The position numbers and the translations under genes are program-made. A stretch of DNA of 63,343 nt, the filler included, from Sphacelaria rigidula (taxonomy: Eukaryota), in the NCBI GenBank assembly GCA_964200075.2. It is 7 parts of 7 records of this genome, joined end to end, with 100 filler letters (N's around TTAATTAATTAA, not from the genome) between each part and the next. Parts side by side here need not be neighbours in the genome. Positions count along the whole stretch, not along the records: positions 9,065 to 18,028 come from CAXNAA020009630.1; positions 18,129 to 27,092 come from CAXNAA020009631.1; 5 more parts are not named here. One strand, given 5' to 3'. The notes under the pieces are model-generated. The model made no database searches. It saw only the letters and a list, made by a program, of their open reading frames with translations, and had not been told where the DNA came from. Positions 12,630 to 23,631 of the stretch are shown in pieces. Position 1 is the stretch's first letter; each line of letters opens with the position of its first letter.

Positions 12630-14383
12630 CAAGGTTGTGTTCTGTAAGGTACGGGTACGTTCTGTAGGGTATGAGATCCCTTACAGAACTTACAGAACCG
12701 TCGGGTACCGGAATAAAATCTTAACAGAGCCTACATAACTATCGGGAACCGGCGTGAAACTCTTACAGAATTGATAGGACCTGTCGGGTACGGTACGGGA
12801 GGCTTACAGAAAACCGGTACCGGCAATCGGGTACTCGTAACTCCTTTAGGGTATACCCGCCCCTCGGGTTAGGGTAAAGCTTCTGCACAAAACTCACAGA
12901 ACTGTCGGGTAAGGGTATGAAAGGCATGCAGAACTCACAGAAACTTTCAGGTAGGGTATGGAGGTTGCACAGAAAACCGTACCCGCATCCGGGTATCTTA
13001 TCAAGAGCATACCCGTCCCCCCTCGGTAACGTTACGGGAGGCTTACATAACTCACAGAATTATCGGGTACGGGTATGAAGGTCTTACAGAGATTACAGAA
13101 CTGTCGGGTACCGGTATGGAAATCTTACAGAGTTTACAGAACTGTCGGGTACGGTAAGTACCCGGGAAAATGCCCCGGGTATACAAAAGAACGTACCCTA
13201 CAAAACACGACCTTGGTATTATCATCACCCCTGTGGTGGGACCTACGTCACTACCACAGTGGCGAAATACAGATGACACTTCATGAGAACTCTGAACGGC
13301 TTCACGGGGTTAAGAGAGAAAGACTGCATAAACAATCGCAGTAGTACATGTGCACGGGATCGCCAACATCTATCGGTTTCACATACACTCCCAGAGAGTA
13401 CATGACGAGCATTCACGGCTGCCCGTTCTCTGGGAGCCCTTCGGCACGCGACGAAATCGCCGACGCCCTCTACGACTTTCGGTGGCAGCTCATACTCCGT
13501 GCTGTACATGTCTCTAACAGCCTGGGGTTTGATGACCATGTTACAACCACCATTAACCTCGACGACGTGCGTCTTGCTACTTCATCCTCTAGTGGCGCAA
13601 ATTAACCGGCCCCGCTCGAGCCACCACTCGAGTCTGGGGGTAATCCATCTTGACGGTCTGCAGTGCTGCTCATGTTTCGTGTTCCCACTTAGCGATACCT
13701 TGTATCCTGTCACATCTCAAACTAAAGAACTTTTCAACATTGATTTATTGTTGGTGTGCAGTTTTGAATGAAAGAGTTGGGTGGGTTGATCGATGAGAGG
13801 TACATGTTCAGGTCATGAGGTTGTGTTCGGATTGAACCTATATCCGTACTTCCCCAAAAAAGTATATACCTGTGCTCATACCTACAATCGGGTATATCTA
13901 TAACGGTACTCCCTAACCCCGGGTAGGGGTATGGAAGGCTTACAGAGCTCACAGAACTGTTGGGTACCGGTACTGGATGAAAGTCTTACAGAAGTTACAG
14001 ATCTTGTCGGGTACAGTACGGGAGGCTCACAAAAACCGGCAATCGGGTATTTTTTCAAGGGCATTCCCGCGCTCCGGGTACAGGTAAACGTTCCGTACAG
14101 AACTCACAGAACTGTTGGGTAAGGGTATGGAAGGCTAACAGAACTCACAGAAACTGTCGGGTAGGGTATGCAGGTTGCACAGAAAACCGTACACGCAATC
14201 AGGTATCTAATCAAGAGCGTACCCGCCGCCCCCGGTAATCGTACGGGAATCTTACAGAGATTACAGAACTGTCGGGTAAGGGTATGGAGGGCTTACAGAT
14301 GTCACAGAACTGTCGGGTACGGTAAATACCCGGCAAAATACCCCGGGTATACACAAAGCCGTACCCTACAGAACACAACCTTG
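12630..14383 (+). mobile_element. Second non-autonomous hAT element nested in the first, composite with two right ends
   Basis: TIR CAAGGTTGTGTTCTGTA(A/G)GGTACGG. 8-bp TSD CAAATTTT/CAACTTTT with one mismatch. An extra internal right end finishes at 13215. Many acagaactgtcgggta subrepeats. Confidence 0.88.
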
Positions 14384-14662
14384 CAACTTTTGGGTAGGTC
14401 GAGTACGGTTTCAAATACTCTACTCAAATTTTGAGTAGGTTGAGTACGGCCTCAAATACTCTACTCAAATTTTGAGTAGATTGAGTACGGCCTCAAATAC
14501 TCCACTCAAAATTTGAGTACTAAAAGTATGACTCTTTGAAAACACTGAGTATTGGGTATACTCTACTCGACCTGCCCTTGCAACCATGTACTTTAGTATC
14601 TAGTGAACAAGATTCGAACAACGAGCAGTACATACGATTCCCATAACTTATTCCCATAATAC

Positions 14663-14755
14663 TTTTTTTGTTGGGTGCGTCCATCATGAGACCACGGCTG
14701 GACCCCTGGGGGGTCAGTTAAAGTGCGACAATCAATCAATCAATCAATCAATCAA
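14663..14755 (+). mobile_element. 5'-truncated non-LTR retroelement 3' end with (CAAT)n tail
   Basis: catg.gaccacggctgga...ggggtcagttaaagtgcgacaatcaatcaatc is shared with 16935-17024 and, more diverged, with the minus strand at about 59145-59290. Confidence 0.75.
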
Positions 14756-14975
14756 CACTGCTTTCTGCACTGCCTCCATTCACGAGGATGTAAAAAGATT
14801 CGATCACCGTGCAGTATACAGACTGGACTACAGTCTGAACGCATTAGGCCACCTCTCATGTGTCAAAGATATATATATTTTTGAAACCTGGCTCTTTGGC
14901 CCTTCTGCGTCATTTTACGCCAGACTGACACCCCCTTTTCGCTGCGCTTTGTACCCAAACATGTCCACAACACAG

Positions 14976-15287
14976 CTTACGGGCGCCACTGGCGTCGCCC
15001 ACATCGTCATGCCAAGCAACCCGACAGAGAGTTGGGGCCACGACATGCCGTGCGCATGTCATCGGCCATGGCCAGCGGTACCGTGCTGTTAACATCAGCC
15101 GCAGCTACACTAACATCGAAACTGCCTGCTTGGACGTGGGTGCCGTCGTCGCTCATTGCCGCGCTAGTGGGAGCCTCCGTTATCCACGCACTGCAGGGTG
15201 GTGTGCGGGGATACCGGGGTCGGAGCCAAGAGGACGTGCTTGGTGTTCCAACCGAGAAGGCTACGGCAGAAGATGTAGCTGCGCTTG
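14976..15287 (+). CDS. Putative exon 2 of the uncharacterised protein (one hydrophobic segment)
   Basis: acacAG|CT TAC...GCG CTT G|GTGAGT, a 312-nt open phase 1-1 exon encoding ...WTWVPSSLIAALVGASVIHALQGGVRGYRGRSQEDVLGVPTEKATAEDVAAL. Confidence 0.6.
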
Positions 15288-15462
15288 GTGAGTCCACACA
15301 GCCTGGAAAATTCAGCGGTGTGACTGGTGGTCATGTCTTGCTCCGATTTCTAGTGGTACATTTTTCATGGCGTGTTTTGAAATGAATGTGCTTTCGTGAC
15401 GAATGCCCACCCGGACTACTGAACTGAGGTTGGTCCCGGCTGGCGGAAACAATCCGGGTAAT

Positions 15463-15718
15463 GAGCAATGCTACGGTAGGAGTGCACTTTTTGCGCGATA
15501 TCTTGTCTGGTTCAGGGGCTTCTAACAATTCTAGATGCACAAGAACACGGATCAGGGGACCCCCATTTGCGAATTCATTCGGGATATCCCAGCACATTTG
15601 AGTGGTAGTTCTGGCGTACTCTCACATGTCTTCATAGGTCGTGTTTTGCATGAGATAAAGAGCTCCTGACAATTCTAGCCCCAGAAAATATTTGTGCACC
15701 CCTACCGTAGCACCACTC
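15463..15718 (+). mobile_element. 256-bp MITE with GAG...CTC ends and a probable 4-bp TSD (Sola-like)
   Basis: TIR GAGCAATGCTACGGTAGG(A/G)GTGCAC, flanks TAAT/TACT, homologous copy at 35414-35745. Confidence 0.85.
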
Positions 15719-15764
15719 TACTCCTGTAACGAGGTGTGATTTCTTGGTAAACGGACCGGGTATA

Positions 15765-16357
15765 GCGTAAGTATGCACGTCATCGCACCCGTGTGTAATC
15801 GTATTTTTGTCATAATTTGACTTTTTTTTGTGTGCACCTATGTGCGATGACGCCGATCCGTGCGATCGCTAGAATTAAATCAAATCATTGCTTCGTGTAT
15901 TTTAACTACACCCCCTTGTGATACCGCTGATGCGTGTGATGCTGGAATCTCTTGCTGTGTACAGACTCCGCCAGCATTTTAGCCCACCATTGCTCAGGTG
16001 TAGAAGAGAGAAGAGTGTTCGTACGGCAAAAGCACATATAGTGTACGTAGCACATTCGCGATTCAACACATGGCGGGCCATGCATCATCACCGGAGCCCC
16101 GAAAATAGATATCGCGATCAAGCAGTAGTACCGCAACAAACTGTGTGTTTTTCTTGTTGTCGCTCAATACGTTTCGCAGAGCCACTCACGATAGCAAGCA
16201 ACCTCGTGCCTGAAGTGAAGTTTTCCATAGATTAGCACACCCCCGTGCGATAACACCGATTCCCGTGCGAAAATTCAGTCAAATTATTTCGTATTTTTTC
16301 ATTTTGCGTACACCCTCGCGATGACGCCGATCGGTGTGATGACGCCCGTACTTACGG
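15765..16357. mobile_element. Degenerate Tc1/mariner-type non-autonomous element (TA flanks)
   Basis: Left TA-gcgtaagtatgcacgtcatcgcacc versus reverse complement of the right end TA-ccgtaagtacgggcgtcatcacacc. Repeated gtgcgatgacgccgatc motifs near both ends. Confidence 0.55.
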
Positions 16358-16699
16358 TACACCAGACAGAAGTTTCACCTCAAGTGCCCGGGGTAATCGA
16401 GTACTTGGCGATTTTCTGGCACTGGCGGGCTACAGGAGACCCCCAGCACAGAGAGCAGGCGAACCAGTTGACATCCAATCCGGTCCAATGTGATTCAGGA
16501 TATTTCGGTCGTTACCCCTCTTTGACAATCGGCACTCGAGATCAGTGCTGTTGAGAGGTAGAGCAAATGGTGCCCACAGCGTCCGACGTAGATGGAGGGT
16601 CTATTAATATTAAGGCAGACTATGCGCACTCACTTAACCCCAGATACGTTTGTGGGAAGGTACTTCGTATTTATATTTGTCGAGATTTGACCTGTAGTC

Positions 16700-17024
16700 G
16701 GCGACGTCGTCTTCTTATCTTGTTCCCTCTTTTTTTTTTGCTCTTTTCTTCCCTCTTCTTTTCCTTTTTTCTTGTTTTAGGTCGGCCATTTCTTTCTGTG
16801 CTTTGCTTTTGTTGACTTTATTATTATTAATTTTTTCGTGATTACTGTTCACGTCTTAGTCTACTATGTCGTTTTGTTCGACTTTTTTTCTGTCCGTTGT
16901 TTTCTTCAGCGAGTGGTTCAGTTTTGTTTTGTCTTGGGTACGTCTATCATGTGACCACGGCTGGATCATGACCACGGCTGGAAGGGGGTCAGTTAAAGTG
17001 CGACAATCAATCAATTAATCAATC
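16700..17024 (+). mobile_element. Non-LTR retroelement 3' end: T-rich 3' UTR, conserved terminal motif and (CAAT)n tail
   Basis: Same terminal motif as 14663-14755, preceded by a long pyrimidine-rich tract. The 5' boundary is approximate. Confidence 0.7.
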
Positions 17025-18028
17025 GATATCGAGACGGAAACATGAGAATAGCGTTGTGGCAATGGAGAATGAACGTGAAAAGGATCCAAGTGTATCGAGC
17101 GTTTCACGTTCCGTTTCGCATGTCCATTCTTGTTGTCATCAAATTTAATTTTGAAAGATTTTTTGTGGGAACGGATAAAGAATCTGACGAGAAAGCGAAA
17201 GGGGACATTGAACGGTTGCCACCCGTGGGCTGTTCATCACTCTTACTCTCATGCTCACGATGTCATCAACCTTAAGACCGCGAGCGTAGTTCATCTAGAT
17301 CATGCATACTGTTTCCAAATGAAATTGGTGCCGATTCAACACATGGCCTACTCTCCTGGTCTAAGGGTTAACCTTTGGTGGTGACCTGGGTAAGACATGG
17401 CCAAATGGTCGCACCCGTACATTTGCCTCTCACCTATGGACATCGCGGCCAACCTGCTCTGCTACCTGGGCTGTCGCGGGTTTGCGCACGAGTGTGATGT
17501 GTCGTGCGCAGTTGATTTTTTGTTTCGACTTCTCTGATGCGGGAGATAAAAGTCACGACGCCTTTCCAATGCTCACGAAAGCGCGAGGGAAATAGGGCGG
17601 ATAACGCTTCATTTCCCCCACAGTCATCCTGCAGAAGTGCGCCAGTACCTGAGTACCCGATTTGTACCCGATGCTTTACTGAGGCAACGTTTTTTTCAAG
17701 GAATCGGGCAGTGCAATCGCCCACCCGAAGCGGGTACTGTACCCGAGTACCAAAACACAACCGCCGGCCGGGATTACTGAGCGGCTATATAGTGAGGCAA
17801 CGGCAAGGAAACTGGTCAGTGAATGGTGGGGATATAGTAGCAGGACGACCTGGACCATACCGCGGTATTTATTACTCGGTGGTTTGGAAAAGTCATTCTT
17901 TTCTTGTGCGATCATTTTGGTTTCTGAGCACGGGCAGGTATGCAAGAATCCACGTTTACCCCCCCCCCCCATTGCTGCCTCTGTAAGTGGCGATACCAGA
18001 AAATAAAGCAACTCATTTGACGCTGTCA

Positions 18029-18128
18029 NNNNNNNNNNNNNNNNNNNNNNNNNNNNNNNNNNNNNNNNNNNNTTAATTAATTAANNNNNNNNNNNNNNNN
18101 NNNNNNNNNNNNNNNNNNNNNNNNNNNN
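18029..18128. other. Artificial contig spacer
   Basis: N44-TTAATTAATTAA-N44. Confidence 0.98.
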
Positions 18129-18131
18129 CAT

Positions 18132-18173
18132 CTAGACTACTGGCCAGTCAGCGCTGACTGGTCAGTAGTCTAG
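18132..18173. repeat. 42-bp spacerless palindrome with one mismatch at the contig start
   Basis: ctagactactggccagtcagc|gctgactggtcagtagtctag. Confidence 0.9.
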
Positions 18174-18665
18174 TTGGTTGTCTCTTAAACCGTCACAACC
18201 CCAAAAAAATGGTTATCGGAATCCAAATTTATGTGTCGCGTAGTGGTTGTCGATAGCTATCAGGTGGTGAGTAATGCAAAAATATTACAAAGAATTGATG
18301 TGGATACGAAGGTTTAATTTTCCGAGTTATCATCCTCAATGAAAAGCTCCATCCTCAATTCTGATAATCGATCATGTGAGGCGAGACATGATTCTACCAC
18401 GAGCAAGGGCGTTCTAGTAACATATGGACCTCCTGCCGCTTCATTTGTGGCCATCGCCATCGAGCGCTGACCAAACAAGTCTCGTCTATAAGATAGCTTA
18501 GGTTAGGTTTCAAGGAGCCTGCAGCAGCCAGCCCAGTGTTGTTATTCCCTCCGCTGAAGCTCGTATGATTCATCATGACTGGGTAGTGTAGCCAGCTGAT
18601 GTGCACATGTCGAAATGTTTGTGTGTGTGAAGGAACAAAGAAAGGATGGAATTTCAAATAAATGA

Positions 18666-18862
18666 AGAGTTTCGGGAAACGATTTTTTGTCATTTCAGAG
18701 TGCGAATATCTCAGGATCAGAGGGTAACGGAAAATTGTTTCCCTCTCCTTCAAACGTGGTATCCCCTCAGCTTTTTTTTGACGAGGTATTCTTTTCATTT
18801 TGCACTCTGGTCCTGAGATGCTTGCACTCTGAAATGACAAGAAAACGTTTTCCGAAACTCTC
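18666..18862. mobile_element. MITE of about 200 bp with imperfect TIRs of about 55 bp
   Basis: agagtttcgggaaacgattttttgtcatttcagagtgcgaatatctcaggatcagag is mirrored at the right end. The same terminus aaaacgttttccgaaactctcta recurs at about 57114-57136. Confidence 0.8.
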
Positions 18863-19583
18863 TAATAAGGCTACTTTGATAGCCTCACAACGGGTGCCAA
18901 AAGCTGACGGAAGGCACTTTCTTCGACTTCCCACCGGCGTGAAGAAACACGATGCTATAGTTTTACCAAGCATGTCTGGAAATGATATACTGTATGGGGA
19001 ATAGTATGTAAGATAACTAGTCTATAGAGTGCACCTGGTGTGTTTCGGAATCGGAATTTCGTTGCCGGAAATGTTCAATAAAGGTGGAGACGGAGAATTT
19101 GATTCATGGAAAGGTATCCATCCTTTACGATTGTTTCTAGGGGCTTGAAAAACTGTAGTATCGTTCTTCTTCACGCCCAGCTTAGCTCTCCGAAGTGCTG
19201 CGTCGCAGTCCGAGGTTTCGGATTTCTTCAAATATTAGGCTTCGGAGAAAAAATTGAAAATCAACCCGCTTCGTTTAGGATTTTGAAAAAAATGGTGCCG
19301 ATTACAATGGGTCTCAGGGTTGCTTCGTGATGAGATTGGGTGAAAGCTGAGTCGGGAATTCGTATGTTGAGAAAAATCTGGCCATTTCACACTGCTCGCT
19401 TGCTCGTGGTGGTCACTATGATACCAAATTTATTTCTATCGGGTCAGTTGTTCGTTCTGTACCGCATCTAGTGGGGAATAAGTTTTGGGCATTCACCGTG
19501 AGCCAGCCAGCACCATCCATCACAATGAAAGTATTTGAATATAGTGTGCTCGGCTGCCGCATGCACACTACAGAATGGCCCAC

Positions 19584-20966
19584 CTGTATTGACTGCATGT
19601 AAAGGTTTCTCAGCATCAGCTGACAGTTCTTCCATCCGCTTCCCCCCTCCGCATCTCCGTTCAGCTGTGGTCCTTCATCCGTGCAGAATGTGCGCACTCG
19701 CACAGCTCGCCCGGCCCTGAGAGCATGCCGAACATCCCGCACCAACCTCACCCGGTACAAGTCATCCCGAAGAGCCTCGCTCACGTTGATGTTATCGAAT
19801 AAGCAACAAGATTCCCGTGCTGAGGCATATCGTGCTTCTTGGGCATTGTCAGTGGCTTTATGCACTGGGTGATCGCTGTTAATAGTGGGCATCATGAATC
19901 CACTATTGTCAAAAATGCCGCTCCCCCTTGTTGGCCTGTTGGTTTCCTCGTCCCTGCTGCTTTCTTGACCAATGGATTCGTCTCTCGACCTATCATCGAG
20001 TTGAACGATCCCGCCATCCTTCACCGCCTCGGCTTCGTGAGACGTATCAGGCATCTCCGGATTGCGGGTGCTACACGGTGTCTTCGGTTTTCGTAGAAAC
20101 TCGTGGATGTCGTGAAGCGCTTTGGCTCTTGCATCTCTGTGCTGTGTCTGCTTGTGTTTAATAGCATCTTGCTGCTGCTTTATTCGACGTTCTCGGCAAA
20201 TGTTTCGTACCGCCGACGCGCTTAGTCCTCGACCTCCTCGTCCTTTGCGGTCAAGATCAAAAGCAATCGCCATAGCGGTTTTCAGGTTCAGGGATGTCAT
20301 TGCGTCTACCTTCCCGCGACCCAGCCCCCCTTCTCCATCACCATCACCTCGGTGAACGCGATTCACATGTGATACTCGCTGGGATGTGTTTCTACTATTT
20401 TTTTGTTGGCGGCGGCATCGGCGGCGGCCGGGTGCACTCGTGCCCTCGGGACGCAGCAGAGGTGTAGTGCGATCAGAGTCATTTTTACTGTTTCGAGGTG
20501 GACCGCATGCAGTCATAGCGCCGCTTACTCTTGCTGAACAGTAAATAGCGCTGCGTCGCTGTGCTCTCCATTGTTGCGGTGATGATCGTGGTTGATTCGG
20601 GCTGTTCGATGACGCAAATTTCGAGTTTCGCTGTTGGGAATCTCCGGTGGTACGTGAATCAGACTCCAACGCCTGTGGTTCGTCGGAGTATTTGTCTAGG
20701 TGAGCTGCTGCTGGTGCCGTTACTTCTGTCCCTGTTTTGACTTCCGGCGAGTTGACACCGTTGCTCAGAATGCTCGTGGCCTGTTGAGATAGAGAGGGGG
20801 TCACGTCAATCGTGCAAGGAGGTCCACTCTCACGGTGCTGTGACTTCGGTGTTGATCGGACAATACTTCGCAACTCCCGGAACTGCTTCGCCAAGCGACA
20901 GAACTCCGCATAGGGGTCTTCTTCATGTACCACCGTTGTGGCGGATGCTCGGGGCTTGCTGCTCAT
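19584..20966 (-). CDS. Large probable first coding exon (461 codons) of an uncharacterised, mostly low-complexity protein
   Basis: Lies within the 540-aa ORF 19416-21038. First in-frame ATG at 20966 and candidate donor CAG|GTGGGC at 19584/19583. No recognisable domain, and downstream exons are unresolved. Confidence 0.6.
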
Positions 20967-23217
20967 ACTGCCACACACAGTAAGTGCCGCGCACAATCTT
21001 CGATTGCTTTTACAGAATCTATTTCTCTGGATTTGCACTAGTCATCCGTCAGCCCAAGGTCAGCCTGTATCTAGGTTGTGTGCTCTGGCCTGCATGACCC
21101 GCGATCGATCCAGCGGCCCTGTTCGATTGGATCAGCCCAAATGCTTGTTAAAAAAAAGGTCGAAAGCTGCGTGTCCTAGGAATGTTCCACGATCCCACCA
21201 TGCAGCTGCGATACTTCACGAACTGCGTGTTTACTGGTCACTGCGTGATACACTCCGGGCCTGCGTGCACCAGCCTCCACACGCACGATTTTGTTGTCCC
21301 GTCGGCGCAATACTCCTTCCATTTGATTGCGTGTTGGAAACTGTCTGGCAGGCAGGCGTGAGTGACACAAACGTTGGAACAACGTCCACTCTGACGGACC
21401 GCATACATATATCCGCCCTTTTTTTACGGGATTTCACCACCAACGGAAGAAAGATTGGATGGAAATAATGATTTGATTGGTCTTTTTTTGGTCAAACTTT
21501 GAACCCCCTGCGTTCTCAAGGGATCAACTCATCTCCCCCTGGAATACGCCTTGCATTTTGGTCTCGCGGATTGGGTCATGACCAGCACTCCCGTACCGCG
21601 TCAACTCTCGTCAAACGAACTCAGTCGACTACTTTTTGTTTGGTCGCGTTTTTACAGGCTTTCGACGGCGGAATCAGGCACTCCGAAGAAGAAACCCAAC
21701 GCATCGGCATTCGAACCCAGGTTCTCCCCACCCCATCGGTGACAATGGGAACCATTAGACCACCGGGGCGCCGCAATACTGGAGTGCCAATATTTTTTCA
21801 AAATAAGAAAAAGGAAAGAATAGCAAATCAAACAATAACGGCGAGAAACTGCTGAGCTTTCACCCTTTCCTACTGCCGTTTTTGCCTCGCCCTCTCACGT
21901 CGTTCTCGTGAAACACTTTACCCGCCCTCCGTCAACGAGGAGTGCTTTCTCCTCGTCATCATGTCGACGCAGCAAATGGAGTGAGATCAGCTCGATATCA
22001 AGAGTAGATCGAACACACCGCACTCTGAATCTGGCCCACAATAACCACTACGTACAGACACCGAGCAGCTTTTCTTTCCCGGTCAAGTGAGACAAGTAGC
22101 TTGCACACACATGATGAAAGAAAAAGTACGCATTTGAAAGAAATACAAGAAACAAAAACAAAAATCATCCCTCCCTGTACCCTCCCCCCTCCACCCCCCT
22201 CGCCGCTGCGATACTCGTGACGGAGTCACCACCAAACGCCGACATGATACTTTAATGTACATTGCAACCCCCCAAGATGACAGAATCGAGCGCCGGTACA
22301 AACCAGCCGCGTACGTCACCGCTCGACAGATATATATCCATGTATTCTAAGCGGGAGCGCGGTTTCGTCCCAAGGAACCAACTACCTCTGACTCGTCGAT
22401 AAAAAAACTCGTGTAGGAGTACACAAATCAATACACCAGCACTACGATACAGCATCGACTCTACTACATTAGATTTGCGTTTGTTTATGTACACTCACCT
22501 CTAGTCATCGCGGAGACGACATTCAGCCAGCACACCCAACACGAACACACGCACGTACGTACGCGCAACAAAAGCGCGCACACGCTACAACTAACGTCAT
22601 TTCACGCACACGGATCTGAAAACCTGAGAAACATCATAACATCGCCTTGTCGAAAAGCACCAGCCCGAATCCATGAGAGATTGACGCGTAGCGGCGAATC
22701 GTGCAATAACACAAATATCTAGCCTTTTTTTTCGACATGAAACGAAAACAGCGGGACACGAGAAAAACAGTTTTATCATAAGCTCAGCTCCTCTTGCCCA
22801 CCCCTGAATGCGCTTTTTTTTTTTTCAAAACGAATTTACGGCTTACGTCTGTTGAAGGAATAGTCGGTCGGCACTGCATCCACGCATACGACACCATCTT
22901 GCTTGATTATTTTTTTCCTTCCAAGCACGGAACACAAGACACGCTGACATATCTCGACATCAAGAAACAAAGAAGCAAAAAAGATGAAAATCTTGGACCT
23001 ACCGCTGTCTGCTGCTGCAGCTGTCTAGCTTTCTGCTGCAGCTGTTTCATCGCACACAAATACACACACGCACGGCGTCCTCTGCCTATGTAAACCTCAG
23101 TAAGCCCCTGCCAGATCCATCGCTGTACCCTCAATAATCACTTCATTCGTCTGTGATCCCACCAAGGCTTCGCGTTATAAATTATCACCGTCGCTATGGC
23201 ATTCACTTCGCGTTTTA

Positions 23218-23631
23218 TCAAGGCTTGTAAGGCCTTTGAGGGTTCTCCATCACAACCGGGCGCTGTACCGGAGGGTTGTGTCCGCTGAATCCCGTACGAT
23301 CGTAACTACCGCTCGGGGGCGCAGAAGGGAGAGCAGATACCTTGTCCGCCCTTGGCGGGGAAGGCGCTCGGCCTGTCGTAACCGGATAATGTCCTGAGGT
23401 GAAACGACCAGATGTCGTGGGGTCCGCGACAGCGTAACGACCGGACGCGGAGGGATTGGTGGGGCCGCGGGCTGATGACCGGGGGGGGGGAGCGTTAGCT
23501 GATGATCGGGAGGCCCCACCGAAACGTCCGGATACCCATGCTGACATCGATGCGCGTCTTCTGTTTTCTTGGACCTGCTCGAAGTCCTTGTCCGTCCTCC
23601 GTGCCCGAAGCATGAGGCCCCAAAGAACAGC
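23218..23631 (-). CDS. TTYH: Tweety (TTYH)-like membrane protein, last exon (end of TM helix and Ser/Pro/Arg-rich tail)
   Basis: gatcAG|GCT GTT CTT TGG... to TGA, 138 codons, phase 0, continuing the hydrophobic helix of the previous exon. Confidence 0.75.
   Translation of the reverse strand, partial: AVLWGLMLRARRTDKDFEQVQENRRRASMSAWVSGRFGGASRSSANAPPPRSSARGPTNPSASGRYAVADPTTSGRFTSGHYPVTTGRAPSPPRADKVSALPSAPPSGSYDRTGFSGHNPPVQRPVVMENPQRPYKP

Larger units (their letters stand above)
10849..14580 (+). mobile_element. Non-autonomous hAT element (3732 bp including nested insertions)
   Basis: Perfect 23-bp TIR CAAGGGCAGGTCGAGTAGAGTAT and perfect 8-bp TSD CAACCATG (10841-10848, 14581-14588). Internal repeats of about 38 bp (gagtaggtcgagtacggcctcaaatactctactcaaattttga). 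Confidence 0.95.

Noticed and set aside
11780-12630. Regular repeats of about 38 bp resembling a CRISPR array
   Set aside because: Units are contiguous without unique spacers, lie inside a TIR/TSD-bounded hAT element in eukaryotic DNA, and no cas genes are present.
18310-18485. Possible downstream exon of the 19584-20966 gene
   Set aside because: The long open frame after the candidate AG is not in phase with the phase-0 donor, so the join cannot be supported.
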